NCBI GenBank assembly: GCA_040289575.1
Contig: PSLL01000011.1
Coordinates: 23,322 to 57,492, forward strand
DNA from: Candidatus Dadabacteria bacterium
GTDB taxonomy: Bacteria; Desulfobacterota_D; UBA1144; Nemesobacterales; CSP1-2
Direction of reading: 5' to 3'
Length of the DNA: 34,171 nt
Of this stretch, positions 19,163 to 28,803 are shown piece after piece. Under the pieces are notes generated by a model. That model searched no databases, was not told where the DNA came from, and saw nothing but the letters and a program-made list of their open reading frames with translations. The position numbers were made by a program, and so were the translations under genes. Position 1 is the stretch's first letter, and each line of letters starts with the position of its first letter.

Positions 19163-20277
19163 AGATCTTCTATATTCATGGCGGTGGTGACACCATAGGT
19201 GGCATTGAGACCTATATCGCCGGTTCTTTGAGATACCATAAATTATATGAACCCTATATAGGCATAGTCAGATATGGAAGGTTTTTTGAGTACATAAAAA
19301 ACATGGGCTTTATCAACCTAATAGACCTGAAAGGGGGAAGACTAAGGGAGATACCAAAGACATTGAGGTCTATTTATAGCGCTGTGAGATTCATTAGGAA
19401 TAATGATATAAGGCTTTTAATAGCGCATGGAACACATTCTTGGGTTTTTGGAGGAATCATCTCAAATATATGTGGGGTAAAAAGCGTCTTTTATGTTCAG
19501 GGCGATATTAAAAAATCGGATTTCGGGGATTTGATAAGTGGTGCCGGCTTGAGAATCAAACCCACAATCTATATCGCTAATTCTGAGTTTACCGCCAAGT
19601 CGGTTAAGCAATTTCTAAGGGGCGAGGTTAGGGTTAACCATCTTGCTTCGGATATTTTTGAATTTGATAAGATAGATGAACTCGAGGCAAGGGCGAGATT
19701 GAGAGCGGAGTTTAATATACCTGAAAAAAGAAAGGTCTTTTCTATAATAGGTAGAATCCAGAAGTGGAAGGGGCAGGATACCACCATACTTGCCTTCAAA
19801 AACATGAGACACAAAGACAAGGCGTGCCTAATGGTTGTGGGTGATTGTACATTTAAGGGTGATGAGCCGTTTTATAAGCACCTGAAAGAGATTTCACGAA
19901 ATGATGACTCTATAATATTTACTGGTTTTAGAAAGGATGTGCCCTATATAATGAAAGGCTCCGATGGGATAATACACGCTTCAAGGGAGGCAGAGCCTTT
20001 TGGAGTAGTAGTGGTAGAAGGCATGATGGCAAGAAAGCCTGTCATTGCAACGGCACATGGCGGACCACTAGAGATTATAGAGAATGGCAAAGACGGGTTT
20101 TTATTTAACCCTGAGGATTATAAAGGGCTTGCTGGAATAATGGATACTCTTGTTGAAGACGAATGTTTACGAAAAAGGGTTTCTGAGGAAGCGTATAATA
20201 AAGCAAAATCTAAATACACGATGGAAGTATCGGTAGCGCGTTTAGAGAAAATAATATCCGATGTCATAGGGATATGA
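19150..20277 (+). CDS. GT4-family glycosyltransferase
   Basis: Probable start is ATG 19150 (MGGLKIFYIHGGG..GGIE). IGRIQKWKGQ, FTGFRKDV, EPFGVVVVEGM..KPVIAT..GGP.EI. Confidence 0.92.
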   Translation: MGGLKIFYIHGGGDTIGGIETYIAGSLRYHKLYEPYIGIVRYGRFFEYIKNMGFINLIDLKGGRLREIPKTLRSIYSAVRFIRNNDIRLLIAHGTHSWVFGGIISNICGVKSVFYVQGDIKKSDFGDLISGAGLRIKPTIYIANSEFTAKSVKQFLRGEVRVNHLASDIFEFDKIDELEARARLRAEFNIPEKRKVFSIIGRIQKWKGQDTTILAFKNMRHKDKACLMVVGDCTFKGDEPFYKHLKEISRNDDSIIFTGFRKDVPYIMKGSDGIIHASREAEPFGVVVVEGMMARKPVIATAHGGPLEIIENGKDGFLFNPEDYKGLAGIMDTLVEDECLRKRVSEEAYNKAKSKYTMEVSVARLEKIISDVIGI

Positions 20278-21761
20278 GAGAGATATCGCTAAAGGAAATA
20301 TCTTTAAAGCTGTCTTTAAAACCCCGGGAATTGTTCATTCTACTCTCTATAGGATTGTTCTTGGTTATTTTTCTTATGTTTTTCCTTGAAATGCGTTTGC
20401 TGATCGGTGTTTCGCTTCTTATTTTAATAGGGTTGCCAATATTTTTCGTAAGTGCTTTAAAATGGAGGCTATCGTCTTATTTTTTCTTTTTATATCTACT
20501 TCTAGAGGGGATTTTCAGGAAGTGGATTATGCCTGAGTACTCTACACCACTTTTTTTTGTTAAGCACATTGCACTGGTAGGTCCTTATTTCTATCTCTTT
20601 ACCAGGGGAGTCAAAATAACTAAAAAGGACTATCCATTCTTGGGAATTCTTTTATGTTATCTAATATGGGGCGTACTTGAAGCCCTCAATTTTCGAGTAA
20701 CGACCGATTTAAGGGTTCAAATCCTGGGGTTAATTACACACTTCTGGTTTGTTCCACTTATCTTTTTGGTACCGGCGCTTTTAAACACCGAAGGGAAAAT
20801 CCTAAGATTTTTTAAAGTAATTGCTTATACTTCACTCCCAATATTTATACTCGGTATAGTTCAACATTTCTCACCCTATTTCAGTTGGATTAACAAATAT
20901 GCACCCAGCCAAGCAATAGAGGAGCAGTCCCTGGCTTTTGTAGGTGACTATATAAGAATCACGGGAGTTTTCTCTTATATAACTCCATATAATATCTATC
21001 TCTCATTTGTGCTAATTATATTACTCTATCTCCTCCTTATAAGAAGACTCGACAAATTTGAAATGCCAATCCTTCTTGTTGCGCTTTCACTGGGAATAAC
21101 GAATCTGGTTATGACTGGTTCACGCGCTCCATTTGTCATATTTATTGGTCAAGCCCTGCTTCTTTTATTCTTTTCTCTTAAGGGTAGGTTTAAGTGGAGG
21201 AAGAGGGTTTTTATCAGATTTGCGTTGGTTATACCTACCTTACTGTTTATCATGTCTTACACAGATATGGGTAGAAAATCGCTCTCGGCTTTGATAGAAA
21301 GAGCTCAGGCTTCGGGGGATACAAAATCAAGACTAATCGGGACATATACATCCTTTTTCAGGTTTATACCGGATGCCGGTTTAGTGGGCTACGGTATAGG
21401 CACAGCCTATCAGGGTGCAAACAATTTGGTAGAAGACTGGAAGGATATGCCCAGGAACTTTGAGGTGGAGTGGGAGAGGATTGTTCTGGAAATGGGGCTG
21501 ATTGGACTTATTATTGTTTTGCTTCTTAGGTTTTATATACTTTTTTATTCTTGGAGGACGTTTAAAAAGATAAAAACCTATGAACTCAAGTTCATTGCGT
21601 TGATTGTATTTCTTTTTCAAATACCCGTATTATTTGGTGCAAATATAGTTTTCAATTATCTTGAGGATATAAAATATTGGTTTCTTTTAGGACTACTTGT
21701 ATCCGTAAATAGACTAGAAAGGAATAATGCAGCCAAGAGTCTTAGTATCTCACCCTGGTAG
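20274..21761 (+). CDS. Wzy-like O-antigen polymerase / O-antigen-ligase-family membrane protein
   Basis: About 12 hydrophobic segments. LLEG.FRKW, R.TG.FSY, TGSR, G.GIG, E.E..RI.LE.G.IG (Wzy_C-like loop). Confidence 0.72.
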   Translation: MREISLKEISLKLSLKPRELFILLSIGLFLVIFLMFFLEMRLLIGVSLLILIGLPIFFVSALKWRLSSYFFFLYLLLEGIFRKWIMPEYSTPLFFVKHIALVGPYFYLFTRGVKITKKDYPFLGILLCYLIWGVLEALNFRVTTDLRVQILGLITHFWFVPLIFLVPALLNTEGKILRFFKVIAYTSLPIFILGIVQHFSPYFSWINKYAPSQAIEEQSLAFVGDYIRITGVFSYITPYNIYLSFVLIILLYLLLIRRLDKFEMPILLVALSLGITNLVMTGSRAPFVIFIGQALLLLFFSLKGRFKWRKRVFIRFALVIPTLLFIMSYTDMGRKSLSALIERAQASGDTKSRLIGTYTSFFRFIPDAGLVGYGIGTAYQGANNLVEDWKDMPRNFEVEWERIVLEMGLIGLIIVLLLRFYILFYSWRTFKKIKTYELKFIALIVFLFQIPVLFGANIVFNYLEDIKYWFLLGLLVSVNRLERNNAAKSLSISPW

Positions 21762-23037
21762 GCAACATACACACCAACTGGTTTATGCACTCCAAGAGGG
21801 TGGTTATCTCTCAAAATTTATAACGTCTATATGGTATAAGCCTAATCGGTTCCCATACAGATTTATAAATCTGATTCCGCCAAAATTAAGGAAATCCGTA
21901 GAGAGTGAACTCAGGAAACGCTATTATGAAAAGATTGACTATGGTTTTATTGAACAATTTGCAGTTTTTGAGATGCTCCGTGAGGGATTCGACAGGTTGT
22001 CGAAGGGATATAAAGAAGAACTGGGAATCTACCTTGTCAATCAAATCCACGATTGGTATGTCTCAAGGCGCATAGAGAAGATTGCCCCGAATATGGTTAT
22101 AGGATATGAGACATCGTCTTCTATGACATTTAAAAAAGCCAAGGGTCTTGGTGTAATTACAATTCTAGATCTTGCTCAGGTGCATTATAGGCTCATAGAC
22201 GATATAAGGCAAAAATATCAGGAGTTTGATAGGACTTTTGACAGCGATGTAAGTAATAAAGTGAATAGACTGAAGGAGGAGGAGTTGAGTCATGCAGACT
22301 ATATAATTACCTTATCTAATCTTGTAAAGGAGAGTTTAATCAGCTGTGGCATATCTGAAAGTAAAATATATTTAGCGAACCTTGGATTTAATCCTGCGAA
22401 GTTTAAACAGAAGGAATCTTACAGAAAGAATGGGGCATTTAAGATTTTGTATGTGGGGACTATCAAAAGGGCTAAAGGAATTCATCTGCTTTTAGAAGCC
22501 TACAGGCAGTTAAATCTGAAAGATACAGAATTGATATTTATAGGAGGAATGTCGGATGGACGGGATGTTCTTAGTAAATATGAAGGAATGTATAGGTATA
22601 TTCCCTATCTAGACCACGATCAACTGGTTTCATATTACCAAGATGCCGATGTCTTCGTTTTCCCTTCTTATCTTGATAGCTGGGGTATGGTGGTAATAGA
22701 AGCAATGGCTTGTGGAACCCCTATTATAGTGTCTGAGAATACAGGAGCAAAAGAGGCTGTGATAGACGGTATATGTGGATTTATTACTCCCGTGGGTGAT
22801 GTGGATACATTAAAAGAAAAGATCTTATATTTCCATAATAACAGGGATGAAATCGAATGTTTTGGGAAAAACGCAAGAAAGCGGGCAGAGAATTACAGCT
22901 GGGAGAATTATAGGGAAGGGATAAGGGAGATTATTTTGAAGATATATGAGAATGCGAATGCTTACTCCAAGTGTTTAGTCACAAATAGACCGGACTCCAT
23001 AGAGCCTATTAAATATGAAGGTTGCCCTGATCCGTAA
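21727..23037 (+). CDS. GT4-family glycosyltransferase
   Basis: VSHPGRQH, LYVG.I...KG.HLLL, YQDADVFVFPS..DSWGMVV.EAMACGTP. Confidence 0.93.
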   Translation: MQPRVLVSHPGRQHTHQLVYALQEGGYLSKFITSIWYKPNRFPYRFINLIPPKLRKSVESELRKRYYEKIDYGFIEQFAVFEMLREGFDRLSKGYKEELGIYLVNQIHDWYVSRRIEKIAPNMVIGYETSSSMTFKKAKGLGVITILDLAQVHYRLIDDIRQKYQEFDRTFDSDVSNKVNRLKEEELSHADYIITLSNLVKESLISCGISESKIYLANLGFNPAKFKQKESYRKNGAFKILYVGTIKRAKGIHLLLEAYRQLNLKDTELIFIGGMSDGRDVLSKYEGMYRYIPYLDHDQLVSYYQDADVFVFPSYLDSWGMVVIEAMACGTPIIVSENTGAKEAVIDGICGFITPVGDVDTLKEKILYFHNNRDEIECFGKNARKRAENYSWENYREGIREIILKIYENANAYSKCLVTNRPDSIEPIKYEGCPDP

Positions 23038-24133
23038 CGTACAGGAATCCCGAAACCTGAGCATGTCACTTTATGCCGATCGCCTGCATAACGCTCTTTC
23101 GGCACATTGCGATATAATGAATGTGCGTTTTGAATCAAATTCTATCTACCGGCTGACTGGTTTAGCGGGTCTTCGTATACAGGGTTATATCGGACGGTTT
23201 TGGTCGTTTCCTAGACAGCTACAGCATCTCCAAGCAGAGGTTTTTCATATCGTAGACCATGCGAATGCGCATTTGCTTCGCGCGCTTGATCCAGCGCGGA
23301 CGGCGGTTACCTGTCATGATTTAATGCTTATCAAGCTTGCTGCTGGAGAAATCCCTTGGCATGGACGGCGGCCATGGACTGCTAGTAGAATATTCCACTG
23401 GAGTGTCAACCACCTACCACACGCGGGGGCAGTGCTCTGCACTTCGGAGACCACGAGGCGGGACATAATAAGACTCGTCGGTTGTGCTCCTGAACGGCTA
23501 CACGTAGCTTATCACGGACTCGATGAAATGTTCCGACGGATTTTTGATGTGGATGCCATTGCACAGGCTCGCACGCGGTTTGGAATTACTTGGCCTATCA
23601 CAGTTCTTCATGTTGGAAGCAACCGATTCTACAAAAATCTCGAGGGCATAATTGAGGCTCTAGCCCTTCTTGGTGCTGGATGGGGTGAGAAGGTGCATCT
23701 CGTCAAGGTTGGTAGGGATTTTACCTCAGCACAGCGGGATCTCATTCGCCGCCGGGGGATGAGCGAACGGGCGCATTTCTTAGGTCAACTCAGCCCTGAG
23801 GATCTCGTACTCCTCTACAATGTATCGGATATCCTGCTCTATCCCTCTTTATATGAGGGATTTGGCTGGCCCCCTCTTGAGGCTATGGCCTGTGGCACGC
23901 CGGTGGTCTCCTCCGACAGGGGATCGCTGAAAGAGGTTGTTGGGGATGCCGCGATTATTGTCAATCCAGAGGATCCTGAGGCAATTGCTGAAGGTGTAGA
24001 ACGTGTACTGACTGACATTGGGCTTCGGCAGATGCTCATTACACGCGGTATAGAACAGGCAAAGAAATTTAAATGGGCAACAACTGCAGAGAAAGTGATT
24101 AAGGTATATCACGAGATTGCGGCCACCCACTGA
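23015..24133 (+). CDS. GT4-family glycosyltransferase (MtfB/WbdB mannosyltransferase-like)
   Basis: SM..YA, HI.DH, TCHDL, LHVGS...YKN, LYPSLYEGFGWPPLEAMACGTPVV, F.W..TA. Confidence 0.93.
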   Translation: MKVALIRNVQESRNLSMSLYADRLHNALSAHCDIMNVRFESNSIYRLTGLAGLRIQGYIGRFWSFPRQLQHLQAEVFHIVDHANAHLLRALDPARTAVTCHDLMLIKLAAGEIPWHGRRPWTASRIFHWSVNHLPHAGAVLCTSETTRRDIIRLVGCAPERLHVAYHGLDEMFRRIFDVDAIAQARTRFGITWPITVLHVGSNRFYKNLEGIIEALALLGAGWGEKVHLVKVGRDFTSAQRDLIRRRGMSERAHFLGQLSPEDLVLLYNVSDILLYPSLYEGFGWPPLEAMACGTPVVSSDRGSLKEVVGDAAIIVNPEDPEAIAEGVERVLTDIGLRQMLITRGIEQAKKFKWATTAEKVIKVYHEIAATH

Positions 24134-24145
24134 GAAGATTTTTTC

Positions 24146-24280
24146 TAGAAGCAGTCTCATAAATCCCGCTGTTGTCATTCTGAAGGAGTGAAGCGACAGA
24201 AGAATCCTGCTTAACGCGCGTAAATCTAAGATCCTTCGCTGCGCTCAGAATGACGGATGCTATTTATGAGACCATTTCTA
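24146..24280. mobile_element. 135-bp MITE-like element with terminal inverted repeats enclosing a REP-like palindrome pair
   Basis: Outer IR TAGAAGCAGTCTCATAAAT (24146-24164) versus ATTTATGAGACCATTTCTA (24262-24280), 16/19 matches, with TA at both ends. Inner perfect IR GTCATTCTGA (24174-24183)/TCAGAATGAC (24245-24254), plus GAAGAATC/GATCCTTC. Confidence 0.75.
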
Positions 24281-24331
24281 ATTCAAAAACATTTATAATT
24301 CAGATTTAGAAATTCCGGACTGGTTTAAGAA

Positions 24332-25776
24332 ATGTGTAGAATAGTTGGCTTAGTGAGCCATGAGCGAAAATTAAGTACGGATATGGAAGAGACACTTATA
24401 AAAATGAGGGATGTGCTCTCTCATGGCGGTCCGGATGATGCCGGGGTTTATATAGATAAAAAACACGGCGTAGCGTTAGGGAATAGAAGGCTTTCAATTC
24501 TCGATCCCTCTCCTCTTGGACATCAGCCTATGGGCAGTGAAGACGGAAGCCTTTGGATTACATACAATGGAGAGATCTATAACTTTATGGAAATAAGAAG
24601 AGACTTAGAGGCTCTGGGATATAGGTTTAAGTCGAGTACCGACACCGAGGTTATTTTAAAAGCATACCAAGAATGGGGAGAAAGGGCTTTTGAGAGATTT
24701 ATAGGCATGTTTGCGACAGGATGCTCAGCTTTTTATATCTAGTAAGGGACTATGCTGGAATAAAACCGCTCTACTATTCGATATTAAGTGATAATCTGAT
24801 CTTTGCTTCTGAGATAAGGGCATTTAAGGCTTTTAATAATTATTGGGAGGAGAGCAGGGACTGGAGGGTATATTTTTTGATATTCGGACATATACCTGAG
24901 CCTTTTACTGTTTTAAGGGATGTATATATGCTCCCTAAAGGGAGCTTTATGAGGTTTGATCTGAGGGGTGGAACCCATGTAATTCAAAAATTTGACAATA
25001 TATCATTCGGTAATGAGATTAAAGATGTTAAGGAAGCTGCGGACGGAGTTAGGGGGATTTTCTTAAAGGCAATTAAGAGACACCTCATTTCAGATGCTCC
25101 AATAGGCGTTTTCTTAAGCGGCGGTATAGATTCCAGTCTTATAGCGCTTGCTTCTTCAAATTTTGAAAGGGAGAATCTAAAGACCCTGTCGGTGGTTTTT
25201 AACGAGAAGGAGTTTTCCGAGGAGTATTACCAAAAAATAATAGTTGATAAAATAGGGTCTAAACACAGAGCCTATTTAATCTCTGAAAGGGACTTTATAG
25301 ATAATATTGACGATATATTCTCTGCTATGGATCAGCCTACAACGGATGGAATTAACACATACTTTATATCCGGATGTGCAAAGGAAGAGGGTTTAAAAGC
25401 CGTTTTATCCGGATTGGGAGGGGACGAGTTGTTTGGAGGTTACCCGTCTTTCTGCAGAATAGACAAGGCTTGGTTTTTAAGAGGGGTAAACGGAAATCTC
25501 AAAGAGGACGTTAGATTCAGTAGAAGTATGCCAAAGTTTCTTTTGACGAAGGCTTTTGAAAGCACCCTTCCTAGAGATGTAGTCTTTAGGGAGAAACGGG
25601 GCTTTTCCTTTCCTTTTCAAATATGGATGAGAAATAACGTTGATCTTCTATCCGGCTTTGTAAAAGATAAAAGTAGGCCTGCACTCAAAAGAATCATAGA
25701 TGACTTTAGAAATAATAGGCTCCATTGGTCGAGGTTTTGGAGTTTGGTTGTCCTAAGTAGGCAATGCGGATTCTAA
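24332..25776 (+). pseudogene. asnB: Asparagine synthase-family glutamine amidotransferase (polysaccharide amidation, WbpS-like), disrupted
   Basis: MC.IVG, GPDD.G, RLSILD....HQPM, NGEIYN, RD.AGIKPLY, FLSGGIDSS, LSGLGGDELFGGY. A frameshifting deletion lies at 24714/24715 (GMFA|DRML). The DxxSM..S.E.R.PFLD region is absent after ~25500. Total ~480 aa versus ~600-630 typical. Confidence 0.88.
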
Positions 25777-26918
25777 TCTCTGTGCAGAACTACCATCCCG
25801 CCTACTCATTTGGCGGTACGGTGATGGAGGCAGTGGCACTTGCTGAGGGATTGCACAGGCTCGGACATGATGTTGAGGTTGTTACATCAAGCGTAATTAA
25901 ACGGGATGGGTACCCGGCATTGCATACTTACAGTGATTGTATCAACGGTGTCCGTGTTACATATCTTGGCACATGGCTCAATTTGAGGCATGTATCATTG
26001 AACCCTTCTGTTTTACCGTTTGCCTTCTCTAAGGTCAGTCAGTTTGATGCGGTACATATAATCGGTCTTTACGATGTCTTGGGGCCAGCCGTTGCCTTTG
26101 CAGCCCGTAGAGCCGGGGTTCCATACGCTGTCGAACCGAGTGGGATGCTGATTCCCATTGTCCGGAGCCTTCGCCTCAAGCGTCTCTATCATGGTATCCT
26201 TGGTCGTCCTATGTTAAATGGCGCCCACGCTGTAGTGGTTACATCAAGGGTTGAATGGGATGACGCCCTGCGGTTTGGAATACCAAGAGAGAAATTATTT
26301 CTTAGTCGCAATGGGATTAATCTAGAGGAGTATAAATCACTGCCTCAGCGCGGCACTTTTCGTATGCGCTTTGGAATCCCTGACGAGATACCCCTCATTC
26401 TTTGGCTGGGGCGCATAGAGGCAAAAAAGAATCTGGAACAGCTTATTGAGGCATTGGCTGGGCTAAAACACTACCTCTGGGCGCTGGCTGTTGCTGGACC
26501 ATCGGAGTCGCCGTCTTATCTAAATAGCCTTCGACGCCTCGCCCAAAAATTTGGCATAGAGAAGCGTTTACACTTTGTCCCTGGTCTATACGATTGGGAT
26601 AAGGTTTCTGCATATAGGGATGCGGATATATTCGTTTTGGTCTCTGTCAATGAGAACTGGGGCAATACAGTGATGGAGGCGATTGCCTGTGGGGTGCCGG
26701 TCTTAGTTACGCGCACATGCGGTGTGGCCGAGGTTGTAGAAGGACGGGCCGGACTTGTGGTAGAGCGTAATGTATCTAGTATTCAGAATGGACTTGAGCG
26801 TCTGATGAATGATGCTGATCTGTACAGATGGTTTAAAACACAACTATCCGATTTGGCATCTGAGCTTTCCCGGGATAAAAAGGCTTGTCAGATAGCCGAC
26901 TTATTCCGGTCTTGGTAG
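25764..26918 (+). CDS. GT4-family glycosyltransferase
   Basis: Y.PA..FGG, P.GML, NGI, LGRI..KKNL, AY.DADIFVL.S..ENWGN.V.EAIACG.PV. Confidence 0.92.
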   Translation: MRILISVQNYHPAYSFGGTVMEAVALAEGLHRLGHDVEVVTSSVIKRDGYPALHTYSDCINGVRVTYLGTWLNLRHVSLNPSVLPFAFSKVSQFDAVHIIGLYDVLGPAVAFAARRAGVPYAVEPSGMLIPIVRSLRLKRLYHGILGRPMLNGAHAVVVTSRVEWDDALRFGIPREKLFLSRNGINLEEYKSLPQRGTFRMRFGIPDEIPLILWLGRIEAKKNLEQLIEALAGLKHYLWALAVAGPSESPSYLNSLRRLAQKFGIEKRLHFVPGLYDWDKVSAYRDADIFVLVSVNENWGNTVMEAIACGVPVLVTRTCGVAEVVEGRAGLVVERNVSSIQNGLERLMNDADLYRWFKTQLSDLASELSRDKKACQIADLFRSW

Positions 26919-26933
26919 TTTTCGGGGTGAACC

Positions 26934-27929
26934 TTGTCTGGTCGTCGTGTCATACTTAGATCAAGCCAAAGGAATCTTAACGAAGCCGTTGGCTCTGCCC
27001 TTGAAGAATCTGGTATCCTCTCCCGTATTTCTCGCACGACTCGAGTGGCAATAAAGCCAAACCTGACATATCCCTACTACAGGCGCGGGGTTACGACATC
27101 TCCCGATGTTATAAGAGAAACGGTTCAAATTCTAAGCAATTACACAGACTCTATCGCGATTGTCGAAAGCGATGGTGGTTATGGGGCTTGGGCGGCTACA
27201 GAGGCGTATGCCGGTCATGGCCTCTATCGCTTGCGGGATGAGTTTGGAGTAGAGGTGATCAATTTATGTGATGAGGAAAGGGAGTTTATAACATTCGAAT
27301 CACGCGGCCGTGCTTATAAGCTCCCGCTTCCCATACGCCTTTTGCACCATACCGATTTACTCATCAGCATGCCCGTGCCAAAGATCCACTGCATGACTGG
27401 GCTTACACTAGGTTATAAAAATCAGTGGGGATGTATACCAGATAAGATGCGTTTGCGGTCTCATTTTATATTTAATGATGCGATTGTTGCAATAAATCGC
27501 CTTTTGCATCCCGCTGTGCTCTCGGACGGCACTTACTTCCTAGACCGCAACGGCCCGATGGAAGGCGATCCGGTACGTATGGATTTAATCATTGCCTCTA
27601 GCGATGTTGGCGCATTCGATTTGTATGTTTCCGAGTTGATGGGCTTTCCATGGCGGCACGTGCCTCACCTCAGGCGTGCGGTGGAATTGGGCGATATGCC
27701 GTCGCGGCTGGAAGATATTACTTTTAATGTGCATCCTGCAGAGGCCCGTACTCGCACGTTTCATCTTGAACGCACATCCCGCAACTGGATTGCGTTAGCG
27801 GGCTTTTACAGTCGGTTTCTGACTTGGTTGATGTATGAATCCTGGTTTGGACGTGTTGTGTTGCACTCGATTTTCTATGCTATCGTGGGAAAGACCGTAA
27901 AACCCAAGCCAGAAGTGTATGAGGATTAA
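26934..27929 (+). CDS. DUF362-domain protein (putative Fe-S protein)
   Basis: VAIKPNL, GVTTSP, ESDGG, ISMPVPKIH..TG.TLG.KN.WGC, DG...L..NGP..G. TTG start. Confidence 0.85.
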   Translation: MSGRRVILRSSQRNLNEAVGSALEESGILSRISRTTRVAIKPNLTYPYYRRGVTTSPDVIRETVQILSNYTDSIAIVESDGGYGAWAATEAYAGHGLYRLRDEFGVEVINLCDEEREFITFESRGRAYKLPLPIRLLHHTDLLISMPVPKIHCMTGLTLGYKNQWGCIPDKMRLRSHFIFNDAIVAINRLLHPAVLSDGTYFLDRNGPMEGDPVRMDLIIASSDVGAFDLYVSELMGFPWRHVPHLRRAVELGDMPSRLEDITFNVHPAEARTRTFHLERTSRNWIALAGFYSRFLTWLMYESWFGRVVLHSIFYAIVGKTVKPKPEVYED

Positions 27930-28006
27930 GTGTCTTTACTGCGACTTAGAGACTGGAAGAAGAGAATTATTGTCCAATAGAAAAAAAAGAAGAGGAAGAA
28001 AGTAGC

Positions 28007-28072
28007 ATGAGGACTTGTAAATTCAGAATCGAGGTGGAACAAGATAAGGAGGGTGGAATACGATCCAGTTAG
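28007..28072 (+). pseudogene. Probable N-terminal remnant of a HicB-like antitoxin
   Basis: An AGAGGA-like RBS precedes MRTCKFRIEVEQDKEGG, which resembles the HicB first strand (M..YxFxVxxEQDEDG). It runs straight into the DUF2283 gene in another frame. Confidence 0.45.
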
Positions 28073-28271
28073 GGATCTTCTATATATCTACTTTTCTGAT
28101 CCCATTGAAAAGGCGGCTAAGACCATAACTGTTGTCCCCGGTGTGCATGCTGATTTTAGTGCGGAAGGCAAGCTCATCGGAATAATAGAGGTTATTGATG
28201 CCTCGGAGATAGTAGGTAAAAAGATAGAATTTACACTCCCGGAAATTTCCCATTCGGCTGCCAAAATTTGA
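28053..28271 (+). CDS. DUF2283-domain protein (TA-associated), possibly 5'-truncated
   Basis: EYDP..D.LYI.F...A.T..V.PGV..DF..EGKLIGI(I)EVIDAS. Confidence 0.8.
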   Translation: MEYDPVRDLLYIYFSDPIEKAAKTITVVPGVHADFSAEGKLIGIIEVIDASEIVGKKIEFTLPEISHSAAKI

Positions 28272-28335
28272 TCTTTGTAGATTTTCTAACAGTGTGCGTG
28301 ATATCAGTTAATAAGTCACCAGAGGTGTCCGAAAT

Positions 28336-28584
28336 ATGTTAACAGAGTACATTGAGGAAGCCTTAAAAAGAGCGCGATATGAAATTATAGATGATGAAGA
28401 ACCCTATTATGGAGAAATAAAGAAATTAAGGGGTGTGTGGGCTACGGGGGCAACCCTGGAGGAGTGTAGGAAAAATCTTAAAGAAAGTGTAGAGGGTTGG
28501 ATATTGCTAAGTATTAAAAAGGGGTTTCCAATTCCGAAACTTGGGGATTATGAGATAAAAGTGATGGAAGAAGCTGTTGCTTAA
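28336..28584 (+). CDS. hicB: HicB-family antitoxin
   Basis: MLTEYI..AL..A.YEII.D.EPYYGEI..L.GVWATG.TLEECR.NL....EGWI......G.PIP. RBS GAGGTG upstream. Confidence 0.9.
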   Translation: MLTEYIEEALKRARYEIIDDEEPYYGEIKKLRGVWATGATLEECRKNLKESVEGWILLSIKKGFPIPKLGDYEIKVMEEAVA

Positions 28585-28803
28585 GTGTCTAAACTAAGAC
28601 CCGTCTCTCACAGTGAGTTTGTAAAGGGGCTCAAGGCTTTTGGTTTTGAAGGGCCGTACAGTGGTGGGAAGCATTTGTTAAAAGGACATATAAGACTGAC
28701 CATTCCAAATCCCCACAGACAGAAAATCCGTGTGGATCTCTTAATGAGAATACTAAAGCAGGCGGGAATTACGAGAGGGGAGTGGATTAAGATAAAGAGT
28801 TAG
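28585..28803 (+). CDS. hicA: HicA-family mRNA interferase toxin
   Basis: L.PVS..E.V..L...GF.GP..GGKH...KG...LTIPNPH...I.VDLL.RILKQAGI...EW. The GTG start directly follows the hicB stop. Confidence 0.88.
   Translation: MSKLRPVSHSEFVKGLKAFGFEGPYSGGKHLLKGHIRLTIPNPHRQKIRVDLLMRILKQAGITRGEWIKIKS

Noticed and set aside
22946..23037. GT4 C-terminal tail overlapping the next gene as a remnant of a deleted gene
   Set aside because: Too short to assign; no recognisable motif in any frame.
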